From NCBI GenBank assembly GCA_964187785.1, contig OZ076409.1, forward strand, positions 6,450,001-6,514,000: a stretch of DNA of 64,000 nucleotides, in the 5' to 3' direction. Shown here piece after piece: positions 35,139 through 46,320 of the stretch; positions within the stretch are counted from its first letter, which is position 1; every line of letters begins with the position of its first letter. Source of the DNA: Amphiscolops sp. MND2022. Its lineage: Eukaryota. The position numbers and the translations under genes were made by a program. The notes under the pieces were generated by a model. The model had not been told where the DNA came from and did no database searches. It was given only the letters and a program-made list of their open reading frames with translations.

Positions 35139-38100
35139 ATGGACCCATCTGCGCGACACCGCCTGCCTGCACCCCAGAACGCTGCGCGTGCCCAACCATC
35201 CACTAGGAACGACCCACCTCCAATGATGAGCGAAATAGATGGTCGAGTCGACCAGCTAGCTCTTATCCAAGACACCCTACTAAACGGAGCGACACCCACA
35301 ATGATCACTGGCTTTGCCATGATCATCGCCCAAACCCAAGCTCAAGCAGAGTACCCTGATGTTAGCTTCACTATCACTAGCCGAGTCGGCCCGATAGAAC
35401 GCTCCGCCACTTTTCGCGACGGCACCTGGCAAGGGTATGACTTGACCCACAGCCTCATAGACCCTCGCTCTCACGTAGTCTATGGAGAACCTACCAGGCC
35501 TCCCATGGACCAAGAACGATCACTCCGTATTTCACAGTCAGCACTACAGACATTACAGACGCAAGCTACGACCCCGTTGCCCTCACCGCACCCGGTGCAG
35601 TTCAGCTGCACGTTGCCAATCGTGCCACCCCCAGTACTAACACCGCCCATGCCCCTGGCATCGGAAGGCATTCGCCTACTGACCACCCCATCCTCTACCT
35701 TCATGCCTCCATCTACCTTTCAGGGGGGAGGGGTGCAAGTAGACAATACAGCAAGTGCTACCCTAAGCGAAGAACAGCCCAGGAGAACGGTGACGTTCAA
35801 AGATTCATATGAAGAATTAACTCAGACGTCTTCCAGAACCGAATCTCAAGTCTCGGAACCTCCACAAGCCTCAGAACCAGCTAGCCTAGTAGGCTTCCAA
35901 ATGGACCCACAATTCCGAGAACGTCAGCGAGAACAACAAAAAGCCGAAAGTAAGGCAGCCAACACTGTGGTAGACCTCCGGGAGAAAATAAAAGCTGGAA
36001 AGCGAGCCAGAGAGGCGACCATGCAAAGTAAACAATCGAGCTCGACCAGTGTCCCGCAACCCTTGTCTGCCTCACCCACGCAACCAGAAACAAGGAGACC
36101 GAGAATAACACACGAACTCCTAACACATTCGGAAAAACGGCAGCTGGATATCACTGCACGCGACGCACTGCGTCTGCAGCGGGAAATACCAACCACAACG
36201 CCACCAGAACACCCCCTACGACAGAAATTCGAGACCGCAACGGGAACTGGGGACTTCGCCACAAGGCAGAAAATAGAAAAAGCCACAGTGGGAGTACTCT
36301 ACAATCGTCCCGTCAAGAAACCAGTGTTCACTCAAGATGGATGCCCCCCATGGTTCAATCGCATGCGAGCAGAATTGGAGAGAGTAAACTCGACATACAT
36401 GCGTATTCCTGACAGCTTCCTCCGACAGCGCCCTGGCCGCTTCGACGAAGATCGCTTGCGAACAAAAAACTATGCGAGGGACCCCATTACAATCCTGCCC
36501 ATGGGAAAGGACCTCTTGCAGAAAACCAGAATAGCCCTCTTCGTCGACTCGACGATGAAGTCTTCATTCAATTCCCACAACACCCTCATGGATGTCAGAA
36601 TAATGAACATGCCCTGTACAACACTGAACGAAATGGCAGAAGTGACCGACAAAGTATTCACCCAAGCGGGAACAGAGACCATCCCATTACCTCCGTTGCT
36701 GGTATATTCAAACGTGATAGATCACCTCGCTCTGCGAGGGACCTTGGAATTTTTCCGACCAGACCACGAAAGATTTACTGAGGGGTTCGTCACCGACGAA
36801 GTGACCAACTACGTGGAGACAATGGCGAATATTGTCCAAACTATGCGCAGAAGGAAAGCTGTCACTGGAACGGTATTTATGTCGCCTCCAGGCTACATGC
36901 ACCTTCCTCGGACCCTTCAGCAATTCTTATACCTAGTAATGGAGGCAGCGTACGCAAGAGATCTGGCTTTTTACATTGTGACCCCCAATCTACGCATCAG
37001 CAATAATAGCTGGCGCCCTTGTGAAGCCTCTTACCCAGCCTTCATTGCTGAAGTCTCAAAGGCCCTTCAATCATACGTCGGTTACCGTGGAAACTCCCAA
37101 ATGGTAGTGGATGAAGCAACAGCATTCGACTACGGGATGGAAATGGCTCGCCGATCATTGAATGAGCGTGGAGACAGAATTGTAAACGACCCAAATGAAA
37201 GTGAGCGCAATAACCTGGTGGATAACCTCTGGTTTGAACGCCGGGACGAGTCAACTATAGACGAAAAAACACATGAACCCAAGTTTCACAAGGAACTCAC
37301 AAAGCTAATGAAAGAAACCGAGACGGTTCAGGGTGATAGAAAGAATTCCTCCATCTTCCCCATGGCTCAAATATCATTGGATGCTGAACCTGGGCAAAGA
37401 TCACCCACATTGGCCATGCTGTTGATACTGGCTCAAGACATTGTACAAAAGAATATTCAAGAGCCGACACACACGTACCAAACATGGCACGATCAACTAC
37501 GAGAACCTTTGGGCCAAGTCGCGGACCGACTGGGCATAACATTTCCCGTATTTCTCCACAACATCTCTCCCTTCTGGCTTCCTTCCTTAGTACAAGCCGA
37601 GTACGGCCTGGATGAGCAGCGAATGCGACTTTACATGGAGGCCATGGAAAGAGCGACCGTTAGTGAGCTACTAGCGTACCTAATGGCCGTGGGGTTAACC
37701 ATGATGTACAGAGGACCATCGGCCCTCATACAAAAGTTCGTGCTCAACAAGGGAGGCTCAGCCCTGTTCAGCTTCCTAGTCTTCTCGCAGAATCAAAGAG
37801 GTTGGATATCTGCGCTCATTGAAACCCTGGACCCAGCGGGTTCCCTGAAATTAAAGACACAGCTGGACTTAAACATTCAAGCACTTCTAGTGTGGATTTA
37901 TTCCACCTGGGTCAATGTCTTGGGCGTTATGCATCCTCTGGATGAGTGCCCAGCCATTAACCGAGACCCCAATCAACTTCCTGGGTTCCTGTTCCCTACA
38001 CAAGTTGCAACATTAATGCTCGTAGAAACAGAGGACCTAATACCCCTCATTGCTCCGATAGTATGGCCCATCTTCGGCGCAGTTATGGCCCTGCGCTATC

Positions 38101-39233
38101 CAACGCAAACCCTGCGAGTGGCAGCAGTGAGTCCTTCCCTCTCGATTCTACATTTCGTGACCTCTGATGGGCCCCTTCAGGGTCCCACCTATCAGTCAGT
38201 AATACACAGCTTTGCCAACTTGCGACCTCCCATGGCGTATACCGTAATCAAAGACCGCCAACAAGTGGAACACAACTATCTCACCTTGATTAAGGCGAGA
38301 GCACGTAGCTCGCTCCCTTTGCCGATGGAAATCCATCCTGTAGTTTGGCTGCACACCCCTATTGATCCAAATAATGGAGCAGTGGCGACATTTGAAGGGT
38401 GGGACGTGCCAGTTGTCCTGCGTATCTTGAGAACAATTATCCAAAGATTGGGTGGTCGTCGAAAAGGAGAAGAACCTACTAGGTTATTGTATCCCTATGC
38501 GTGTGACACTTCCAGAATATATTGTGCGAGGACAGAACCCCGTGAGCATACCGCCAGAATCTTGAATACCATTACATGTTGGGCCCAGCCGGAGCTCGTG
38601 GATCTCGCTATACACCAGACCTTCCAACAGCTGCCGACAACTATTCCGACAGTAGCAAAGGAACCAAGCAAGAAAGATTTGCCAGTGAACACTGACGTTC
38701 CCAGCAACCCGCGTATGGCACTAGAGATATTCGTGCGTCTGCATGGTCTCCAACGAGAACGTACTCGAGCCGTGGGCGAAGAGTACGCTAGGGGAATACG
38801 AACGTTCAGGCAGCTGTTCATCCAATATGGCCATCAAGAATTAGCGGACGGTTTGCCGAACTTGGAATCAGTCGAAGCTATCCCGGGAATTAGCGATTTG
38901 AGCGAAGCTGCCTCTGGCAGCTCTCGCACCGTCTTCCCCACACCCCACGTGAGTCAAGACTCCAATGAAATATTGGTGGAAAGAGCACAAGATGATGTGC
39001 CAGGCGTCATGCCACCATCAGGGGAACCTATGACTGGTAATAACTTCACGTTCTCTGACGCCACCACTCCTGTAAGAGATGAAGTGGAAACCAACATCTC
39101 GAACTTGGAGGCAGCGGACATAGAGTCAGAGCTCAATAATCTGCTGACAATAGACGAAGAGTATCAGAACACGGTGGATGCCATGGGCAACACCTCAGTC
39201 CAAGAAGCCCCACAGGATCAACTGCTGGAATAA
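35139..39233 (+). CDS. ORF2 accessory protein (1364 aa from first ATG) with SGNH/GDSL-hydrolase-like domain; not Env-like
   Basis: Intact ORF inside the LTRs; ALFVDS (36531-36551) / MPCTTLNEM / LVYSNVID / TVFMSPPG / WRPCEASY..FIAEV spaced like SGNH blocks I-V; no N-terminal signal peptide. Confidence 0.85.
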   Translation: MDPSARHRLPAPQNAARAQPSTRNDPPPMMSEIDGRVDQLALIQDTLLNGATPTMITGFAMIIAQTQAQAEYPDVSFTITSRVGPIERSATFRDGTWQGYDLTHSLIDPRSHVVYGEPTRPPMDQERSLRISQSALQTLQTQATTPLPSPHPVQFSCTLPIVPPPVLTPPMPLASEGIRLLTTPSSTFMPPSTFQGGGVQVDNTASATLSEEQPRRTVTFKDSYEELTQTSSRTESQVSEPPQASEPASLVGFQMDPQFRERQREQQKAESKAANTVVDLREKIKAGKRAREATMQSKQSSSTSVPQPLSASPTQPETRRPRITHELLTHSEKRQLDITARDALRLQREIPTTTPPEHPLRQKFETATGTGDFATRQKIEKATVGVLYNRPVKKPVFTQDGCPPWFNRMRAELERVNSTYMRIPDSFLRQRPGRFDEDRLRTKNYARDPITILPMGKDLLQKTRIALFVDSTMKSSFNSHNTLMDVRIMNMPCTTLNEMAEVTDKVFTQAGTETIPLPPLLVYSNVIDHLALRGTLEFFRPDHERFTEGFVTDEVTNYVETMANIVQTMRRRKAVTGTVFMSPPGYMHLPRTLQQFLYLVMEAAYARDLAFYIVTPNLRISNNSWRPCEASYPAFIAEVSKALQSYVGYRGNSQMVVDEATAFDYGMEMARRSLNERGDRIVNDPNESERNNLVDNLWFERRDESTIDEKTHEPKFHKELTKLMKETETVQGDRKNSSIFPMAQISLDAEPGQRSPTLAMLLILAQDIVQKNIQEPTHTYQTWHDQLREPLGQVADRLGITFPVFLHNISPFWLPSLVQAEYGLDEQRMRLYMEAMERATVSELLAYLMAVGLTMMYRGPSALIQKFVLNKGGSALFSFLVFSQNQRGWISALIETLDPAGSLKLKTQLDLNIQALLVWIYSTWVNVLGVMHPLDECPAINRDPNQLPGFLFPTQVATLMLVETEDLIPLIAPIVWPIFGAVMALRYPTQTLRVAAVSPSLSILHFVTSDGPLQGPTYQSVIHSFANLRPPMAYTVIKDRQQVEHNYLTLIKARARSSLPLPMEIHPVVWLHTPIDPNNGAVATFEGWDVPVVLRILRTIIQRLGGRRKGEEPTRLLYPYACDTSRIYCARTEPREHTARILNTITCWAQPELVDLAIHQTFQQLPTTIPTVAKEPSKKDLPVNTDVPSNPRMALEIFVRLHGLQRERTRAVGEEYARGIRTFRQLFIQYGHQELADGLPNLESVEAIPGISDLSEAASGSSRTVFPTPHVSQDSNEILVERAQDDVPGVMPPSGEPMTGNNFTFSDATTPVRDEVETNISNLEAADIESELNNLLTIDEEYQNTVDAMGNTSVQEAPQDQLLE

Positions 39234-39810
39234 AGGAGTCCTCTGGACCCTCAAGACTGTTAGAACACAATTGAGCATAAAGCACCCTGTCGTAAATGTA
39301 TTAATGCCAATTCTTGATTTTAGTTGTGCTACACCATCTTACTGGTGCTGGAAACTTTCAGTGCAATAAACCTTAATTCCTGAGTTTTGTTTGATGTATA
39401 TTATACTTTGCTACCATTGTAACAATGCAATATAGTTACATCCTCTGGGTGGGTCCCGGTTCGGTGCCCTCCCGTTTTGATTTGAATTGGAAACTTCTAC
39501 CAAGCCCAAAAATTGTTGTTACTCATTTGGCCGCGCAGGGGCCCTATTTTAGAAAAAGAAATTTTAACTTGAACTGAGTAGTTAGTGAAAAAACCTTTTT
39601 AAAGAAAAAATCCGACTGTATAGTTTTTAACTCAAAAATCAGTGCTTTTTGAATTCGATGGCTTTAAGGTGCTAGACATGCAGTAGTAAGGCGAAAGGAA
39701 TAATAATATGATATCAACGTAGCTTTGACATAAGACCTTTTCTGTGGACATCAGAGTACCCTTTGGGTGCGAGCATCCTCTCGTTTGCCGAGGACGACAA
39801 ACTACGGCCC

Positions 39811-39818
39811 GGGGAGGA
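39811..39818 (+). promoter_or_regulatory. Polypurine tract
   Basis: GGGGAGGA directly abutting TGTAAC of the 3' LTR. Confidence 0.8.
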
Positions 39819-40529
39819 TGTAACGTCCACCTGTCAATACCAAATTTTCGTTGAAAAATTCGTTCAAGAACCAAAAAAGGTGCGAATCAAAATGGCCGAC
39901 CTGGCAGGTCCTTAAAGCCCATAAAAAAAAAGAGAGAGAGAACGCGTGAACGAGAAGAAGGACAGAAGAAGAAAAAGAAGTAGACGACTGACGATATGAA
40001 GATCCATGGGATAGAATTCAAAGAACGCTACCCGGTGCTGTGTCCTCCCTGGGAAAGCAGAGCCATTCCAGAACAACATAATTGGATCCCCGAGAACCCA
40101 CAAACAGTAACTCTATTTCCACTCGGGGCTTATCCCCTTTATTTTGTTAATTTATGTTAATGTATTTTGCTATTTTTCCCGTGCCTGACCTTCTAGGTCG
40201 GCATTTCGTGCCCATAACTGTTGAAATGACAATTTTCGGATAAACACTTTTTTGGACCTCGGAAGTATGTGGGGGATAGCAGGAACGCGCTAAAACCTTA
40301 GGATACGTTTTTACAGGCTTGTGGGGCGTGTCCGGACTTTGAGAGTGCCGGCGCGTTGCCTCGGAGCTCTAATTAGAGGAGTCTCCTTAGACGTTAGAAA
40401 AGTCCCCCATGGAGACCATTTTGGGATGAAAAACTAGTGTCTAGGTATGTAGTAAGACAACGGTCTCCTGTTTAAGCATCCTAGGCATTGTCCCTCTTCC
40501 TAGATGTGCGTCGCTAGCCGGACGTTACA
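39819..40529 (+). repeat. 3' LTR (711 bp)
   Basis: TGTAACGTCC...GGACGTTACA. Confidence 0.97.
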
Positions 40530-40795
40530 TATGGACAGTTTTTGCAAAAATCAAAAAAGTCGAAAAATGGCTGTTTTTTGGCCATTTTTGGGTTAATTTC
40601 GGCTATGTTTCTCACATCCCAGCCATACGATTTCGATGACATTGCACATATAGGACTCTAATATGGTGTAGAATGACTGTGGAAAATTTCGTTCGAATCG
40701 TATGGACAGTTTTTGAGAAATTTGAAATTTTCATGAAAAAGTCGGGAGAAAAAAACGAAACGATTGGATATGTAGTCGAAATTTTTTTTTCGAAA
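40530..40795. repeat. Host interspersed repeat interrupted by the giant Gypsy (left part ~21285-21420)
   Basis: TTGCACA.ATAGGAC....TATGGTGTAGAA.TGACTGT.GAAA occurs at both 21372-21420 and 40642-40688; TATGGACAGTTTTTG occurs at 40530 and 40701. Confidence 0.6.
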
Positions 40796-41764
40796 ATAAC
40801 CAAATGGAACACGTACACCTTAGAACTTTCTCTCTTCAATGACTGGAGTCGAATTTTTTCAAAGTCCTACATCCTCTCAGAGACAGAGCATCGAGCTTAT
40901 GAGGAGAGCGACGCCCAGCTTTGTGCGAATGTAGTTCATACTGTCAGCGTATGGCTCATCGTGGTTATTGATTAGAAAACTGAATACGACCAACACTGTT
41001 AAGGAGTTTTCGGCACTGTGAGACTTTTTTTCGAAAATATTCCTCCAATAGTTTTTGGAGTTTTCAGTCGATCTTTTTTCATTTTTTAAAAATTTTGTTC
41101 AAGTTCTGGTGGGTTTCATCAAAAGCACGCCTCGAAGTGTTGAAAAAGCAGTAAGAACTTGTGCCTGTTTTTGTGGGTAATTGGCTGTTTTTTTCGTTTG
41201 TTTGGGTTTGAAGTTCCACGAAAAAGAAAATCTGAAGAGTCTCATTACTTGACATGCTTAGTAGACGGTAATAGAATAGCTCTTTCAGTTTTCAATAGTT
41301 CATGCAGCCATTGTAAATTTTTGGATGTTTCTGTATTTCTGTTGGCATGAATTTCCACAGAGTTGATTAGAAAACAATTATCTTCTTGGACTACCCAGCA
41401 CTCTTTTTAGACAACAACTTCTGAGGTGTATTTCGGAAAAAGCTAAAAAACTGATCCGAAAATCTCCAGAAGTTCGTTTTTTATGATCACGGTACACTTC
41501 GGCTAAAAAAAGTACCGTAGCTTCTAATGGGGAGTATCCGGAAAAGATATCTTATCAGAAAAGCAGAGATGATTTTTCTGCATCCACGCCTCTAAATGGG
41601 GGTTTGAACTTTCTTCATCTCTTTTCTCAACTATTGATTTCTTTTGTGTTTGTGGAAATGGGTATCCAGGAAATTCAACGACAAAACATCTGGCTTTTTT
41701 AATGAGATGAAAAGAGTGGTGTCACAATTTTTTTGAACTGTTTCGCACGTTTGTAGCGTAGGCG

Positions 41765-42635
41765 CTACCCTAGTCAGAGAGAAATTTACATCTTGCACTT
41801 ATCTTGCAAGTTGCAAATTTCTCCTAAAAATGTTATTCTTGCAAGTTTCTTGCGAGCCGATGCCAGTCTTGGAAGAATCTTGCAAGACAATGCAAATCTT
41901 GCAAATTGATAAATGAGAATCTTGCAAGACATCACAGTTATGATAACGTAGTCAACAGCTTCACTAATTGTGGAAAAAATGATTTTTCGTTTTTTGTTCG
42001 GTTGTTTTCCAAAACAAAGTACGCCTATGATCAGTTTAGTTTCGTACGTCCTAAAATTTTAAAGTTTTCATTGTGTATATGATAAAAGAAGGTCATTTGT
42101 TTTTCATTGTACATAAAAACTGTGTTTCAAATGTCGGTTTTCAATAAAAAAAGATAGGATTTTAGGACGCATTACTGAATTCACACTTCTAGGGAGATAT
42201 AATTTTTCTAGAGTTTGCATTTTTGGGTCCTTCACAGTTTAAGAAGCGAAACTCCGTATCTATCCAGCTGTCACCATTAAGTCAAATTTAAACTGACAAA
42301 ACTGAGGTGATTTAAGACAAATTTGTGTCTAGTAACATCCTATTTAAAACATTCTGAATAAAAATGTCTGGAATCGCTTTTTTGATAGCAAGAGAATAGG
42401 GATTAGCGGAGTTGATAATTAAGTGATGTTCAATTGGATGTGAAGTTCTTTGGTCGAAGCATGAAAATATCTTGAAAGTTCGATACTTTCCTAGCAAGTC
42501 TTACACAATGTCAATTCATTTCTTGCAAAAATCTTGCAAGAATCTTACAAGACAGTCTGCAAGAATAATGCGTTGACTTGCAAGATCTTGCTAGACGTCT
42601 TGCAAGATATTTTAAAGAATGACATTTTTTTCAAC
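41765..42635. repeat. MITE-like repeat with clustered CTTGCAAG palindromes at both ends
   Basis: CTTGCAAG-rich blocks at ~41790-41930 and ~42470-42610; a related fragment lies in LRRC58 intron 2 (~17490-17570). Confidence 0.4.
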
Positions 42636-43162
42636 GCTCAAGCCCTAAAAGTATGTCGTAGCTGTAATAATCCGGCCGGAAAATTTTCCCTGCTCAGCGG
42701 GTGTCTTGTTCAATTTCCATGGATGCAGTCATAAAATTTGCGAGACATTGCATAATTCCGTTATGTTTCGAAATATGGGAATACAAATTATAAATCTGTT
42801 GACTCAGTTTTCCAAATCATCATGTCTCGCTCTTCATAGAAGATACTCAATCAACAAAAGCTAGTGAACTGATGGAGCGGCACGTCGCCTAGTTTCATTT
42901 CGTTCTCGTGATTAGCTCATCATATGTATGCAGATAAAGCTATATCATATGTCCCATGCTAGAATCAAAAAGATTACCCGTTTGTGCTATTTATGAAAAA
43001 CTATCCAAGAATAGGACAGCAATTTTTCATGTTGGAATGTAACAGCAAAAATTTTATTAGACGCTGTCCGATTCGAAAATGGGAGCAAATTGCGGAGATG
43101 AAACCTCAGCCTGGTGAAAAAACTGCAATTAAAAGACTGGTCTGATGTAAGAAGGAAAGTAG

Positions 43163-43546
43163 AACAAGCCGGGAACGGCCCAAGTCTGCGCCATAGCTAA
43201 GGCTCAAAAACAGCAAAAGGATTTCAAAGTGTCAAAGTATTCTCTTTTACAGTACCCGAAAAACCCAAAAGTTGAACCGAAGTGGCGCACCAGAGAGGAC
43301 GCTTTGAGATTTTTCATCCATTCTGTCGCAAATCATCAAAAAAATGAATGGGGGCCCTTTTGGTGAAAAAAAAATTGAAAAAAGTCTCACAATGCCGAAA
43401 AAACTGAAAAAGGGGACCCTATGGGATTTTTCAACATCAGTTCTGTCGCAAAACTGCAAAAAATCAAGAAGAAATTTTTTAAGAAAAAAAGTCTCTCAGA
43501 GCCGAAAATTCCTTTGGTCCCGACTCACAGAGCGCCTACTAAAAAA
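43163..43546 (-). mobile_element. HINE/DINE-like repeat
   Basis: AACAAGCCGGGAACGGCCCAAGTCTGCGCCATAGCTAAGGCTCAAAAA start; GAGCGCCTACTAAAAA end. Confidence 0.7.
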
Positions 43547-44291
43547 AAACAAGATTTAACTACAACACTGATCAGAAAACTTCTCCATAACACCTTTTCG
43601 ATGAAATGTTCCTGAACTTTAAAAACATTTCTAGCGCGAAAACCAACGTATATTGCTCAAAAATATATGTTGAAATAAAATCTCGGAGTGTGAGCAATTT
43701 TTGAGAAAAGTTTTACGCCTCATATTTGAGAGATAGACATTTCCGGAATGATAATGACCTTTTCATGATAATAATAAGAGCAACACGGTCCTTCTAGAAG
43801 AGCTTCAAAATTCGTTCTGCTACAAATTGTAAAGCCCTAAAAGCCTACTCTGAGTTGGAACCTTTACATTCCAATAAACTAGTCCCTCTGAATAATAAAC
43901 TAAATTTATAGCGACAAGTCATATCTGGCGAAACCTCAAATCAAATCCAAAAAGCGACATCTCATGTCAAGCGATAACTCATCTCAATTAGGAAAAAGCG
44001 AAAGCTCATATCAAATTTGTCAATAGGTTACAAAGGCACATAATATACTCCAAAAACATTTTATGATGAAAGGCGTGAGAACTTCCAAAATTTGTAGGGA
44101 ATCATTTCACGTTTTACGGCATTCCATTCAAGGATATTTTCTCTCCAAACCCTTGATCAAGATGTGATAATGATATGATTATCCTAGGCAGTAATATTTA
44201 CCATGAAATCATGCTACTATAAAAATTTTTCAAGCGATTAAAAATACATATTTTCAATTGAATATATTCAAATATTTGGTATATTCAATGT

Positions 44292-44542
44292 ACCAAATTC
44301 ACATCAGAAAATTAAATCGTTCATCAGGAAAAATCGAAAAAAATTATTCCGATTAATTTATTAATTAATAAAAGAAAATTATTCAATTGATGAGCGATTA
44401 TTAGAAATTACAAAGTATACTTTATAATTTCTGATACTTTCTCATCAATTGAATAATTTTCTTTTATTAATTAATAAATTAACTGGAACAATTAAATTTT
44501 TTTCCTGATTCTCTGAAATTGATTTTCTGATGTGAATTTGGT
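44292..44542. repeat. ~250-bp AT-rich imperfect palindrome (foldback/MITE-like)
   Basis: Arms ACCAAATTCACATCAGAAAA / TTTTCTGATGTGAATTTGGT; centre AAAGTA|TACTTT at 44417/44418. Confidence 0.85.
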
Positions 44543-44544
44543 CG

Positions 44545-44931
44545 TTGTGAGTTGTCGGTTGATTTTCCCTAATTCCGCGGTGTGGACGCCGAATAAGCAG
44601 TTCTGCTTTTCTAAGTCGGCGCCCTTTCGGATACTATCTCCCCATAGCAATCTATGGTACCATATTTGCAGCCAAGTGGTCAAGTAATGGTGGACTTCAA
44701 GCTGTGATTTCAAAGTGACTATCTCAAGGTGACAAAGGTCTGACTACTCACCGTTGCTCTTTTTTATTTTGCTTTTCTCCGCCAAATGCGTCAATTTTTG
44801 TCATTGACCATACCACTAAGCTAGGGATGAAAGACTTGCTCAAGGCCCAACAATGGTGAGTTGAGAGAGATTCGAACCTGATACCGCCCCAGTACAGGCC
44901 GAATGCTCTAACCACTGCACCATGCTCCCCC
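44545..44931 (-). mobile_element. tRNA-derived SINE
   Basis: GGGGGAGCA-TGGTGCAGTGG (A box)...GGTTCGAATC (B box), then GGGCCTTGAGCAAG core typical of V/Meta-type SINEs; CAAC-rich tail; the cloverleaf does not close. Confidence 0.65.
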
Positions 44932-45026
44932 ATAAGTTGTTGCTTTTTCGATTTGATATGAGTTGTCATCGAACGAAACTAACAATACCGAACACAAAAA
45001 ATTTCAACTGAATAAAAAGTTTTTAA

Positions 45027-45319
45027 TCACTTATATTGATAAATTTCCTCGTAATCCAAAAGTTTCGCCAGTTTTTGGCACTCTGCGACTTTTGCGGTCT
45101 GCTGTGTTGTGTTGTCGGTGACTTCATATGAGGAGCCTCGTCTGGGTCGGTTCCACTCTTTGGTGATCCAGTTTGCGCCAGACACGTCCAGAGGGCGACC
45201 CAGGAGAAGTTTGGAAAGGTTATTGATCGATTCTTTCGGGTCTTGAACGAAATGCTCTCTTTTTATGGTTATAATTCTGTTTTTGTGAGGAAACTTTGAC
45301 TCTTTGCTTGCCAGAAATC
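45027..45319 (-). CDS. Orphan terminal exon resembling the C-terminus of a carbohydrate (CHST-type) sulfotransferase; possibly pseudogenic
   Basis: CTAATTTGTTGCAG acceptor then 96 open codons: ..KFPHKNRIITIKREHFVQDPKESINNLSKLLLG..WITKEW..AECQKLAKLLDY..; compare the sulfotransferase pattern RYEDLxxDP...C...LGY. Not in the ORF track. Confidence 0.45.
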
Positions 45320-46320
45320 CTGCAACAAATTAGCGCGTGATGAATAATGGGAAAAAAGGGGATGAGAATAAAGTCGTTTGAATTATGATGAATAACTTCG
45401 GCGAAAACTGGTTTCTTCATTGAAACTCACTGTTTACCAAAAAAGGAATTAAACAATCAAAAAGTTTCCAGTTGGTGTTTTATTCTTTTTTCTTTTAATC
45501 AATTGATAAAAAGAATTATTTCATTTGACATATGACTCAGTGTTTAGAAATTCAGGCTGTTTTCTCAACATTTTGTCGCCAATCCAAACATAGGAGCTTG
45601 AGGGGTTATTCGGAAGAAATTTGGAAAAAAGTCAATCTGTAAGCCTTTTTCCAAATTGTGTCTAGCCCTAATTTGAAGCTCAAAAAATAGTAATTTTCCA
45701 CATAATTCAATTTCAAAAAAACTTGAGTCGTAGTATATATGTAATGATAGAGATGTCTGATCATTTTTGGGAAAAGTGCCAAAATTTGAGGAAAACTTTT
45801 GAAACTTTTTGATTTTTCATACAATTTTCGAAGAATTTACATCGAGGTAAATTCTAAATTTGAAAACGAGCACTTCGGGAAAAAATCACTATTGTCAAAG
45901 AAACATTTCATTGAAATTTTTCCTAGGTTTTTGAACATTTTATGTACTTTTCAGCAATTTTTTAAATGGATGTTGCTGTGATAAAGTAGGGGGTGATATG
46001 CCGGTAGTCAGAGCGCGTCTTGTTTCAACTTTTTTAAACTCAAGTTTCCAGAACAATTTTTCAAAACTTTTAGATTTAATTAGCAGTAATCTTTTTTAAA
46101 AGTAAGGTCAAAACTATGTTCTTATAACTTGATGAAACGAATTGAAACGCCTTTGATGAATTCGAAAGATTAGATGCGTGTCCGTTGGATAGAAACCGAA
46201 TCAGTTACGTCAATTTTTGTGACGTCAAATGAAATCTGCTGTGATGTTTGAAAATATTTGCTAGAGTGACACAGAAAGTCTCGTTTTGTTAGTCGACTAA
46301 ATAGGATTTCTAGTGTTCAA

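Larger units (their letters stand above)
21436..40529 (+). mobile_element. Giant (~19.1 kb) Ty3/Gypsy LTR retrotransposon with two intact long ORFs
   Basis: LTRs 21436-22143 and 39819-40529 near identical; 10-bp terminal IR TGTAACGTCC/GGACGTTACA; PPT GGGGAGGA; PR-RT-RH-IN domain order. Confidence 0.97.

Noticed and set aside
25007..39136. Many short antisense or alternate-frame ORFs over the Gypsy ORFs
   Set aside because: Shadows of GC-richer coding sequence with no recognisable motifs.
35139..39233. ORF2 as a classical Env glycoprotein
   Set aside because: No signal peptide, no Cys-patterned ectodomain and no single C-terminal anchor; an SGNH-like pattern is present instead.
44855..44931. 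Functional tRNA gene (also tRNA-like boxes at ~9650-9720 and ~615-660)
   Set aside because: A/B boxes are present but acceptor and anticodon stems do not close; these are a SINE head or repeat-embedded fragments.
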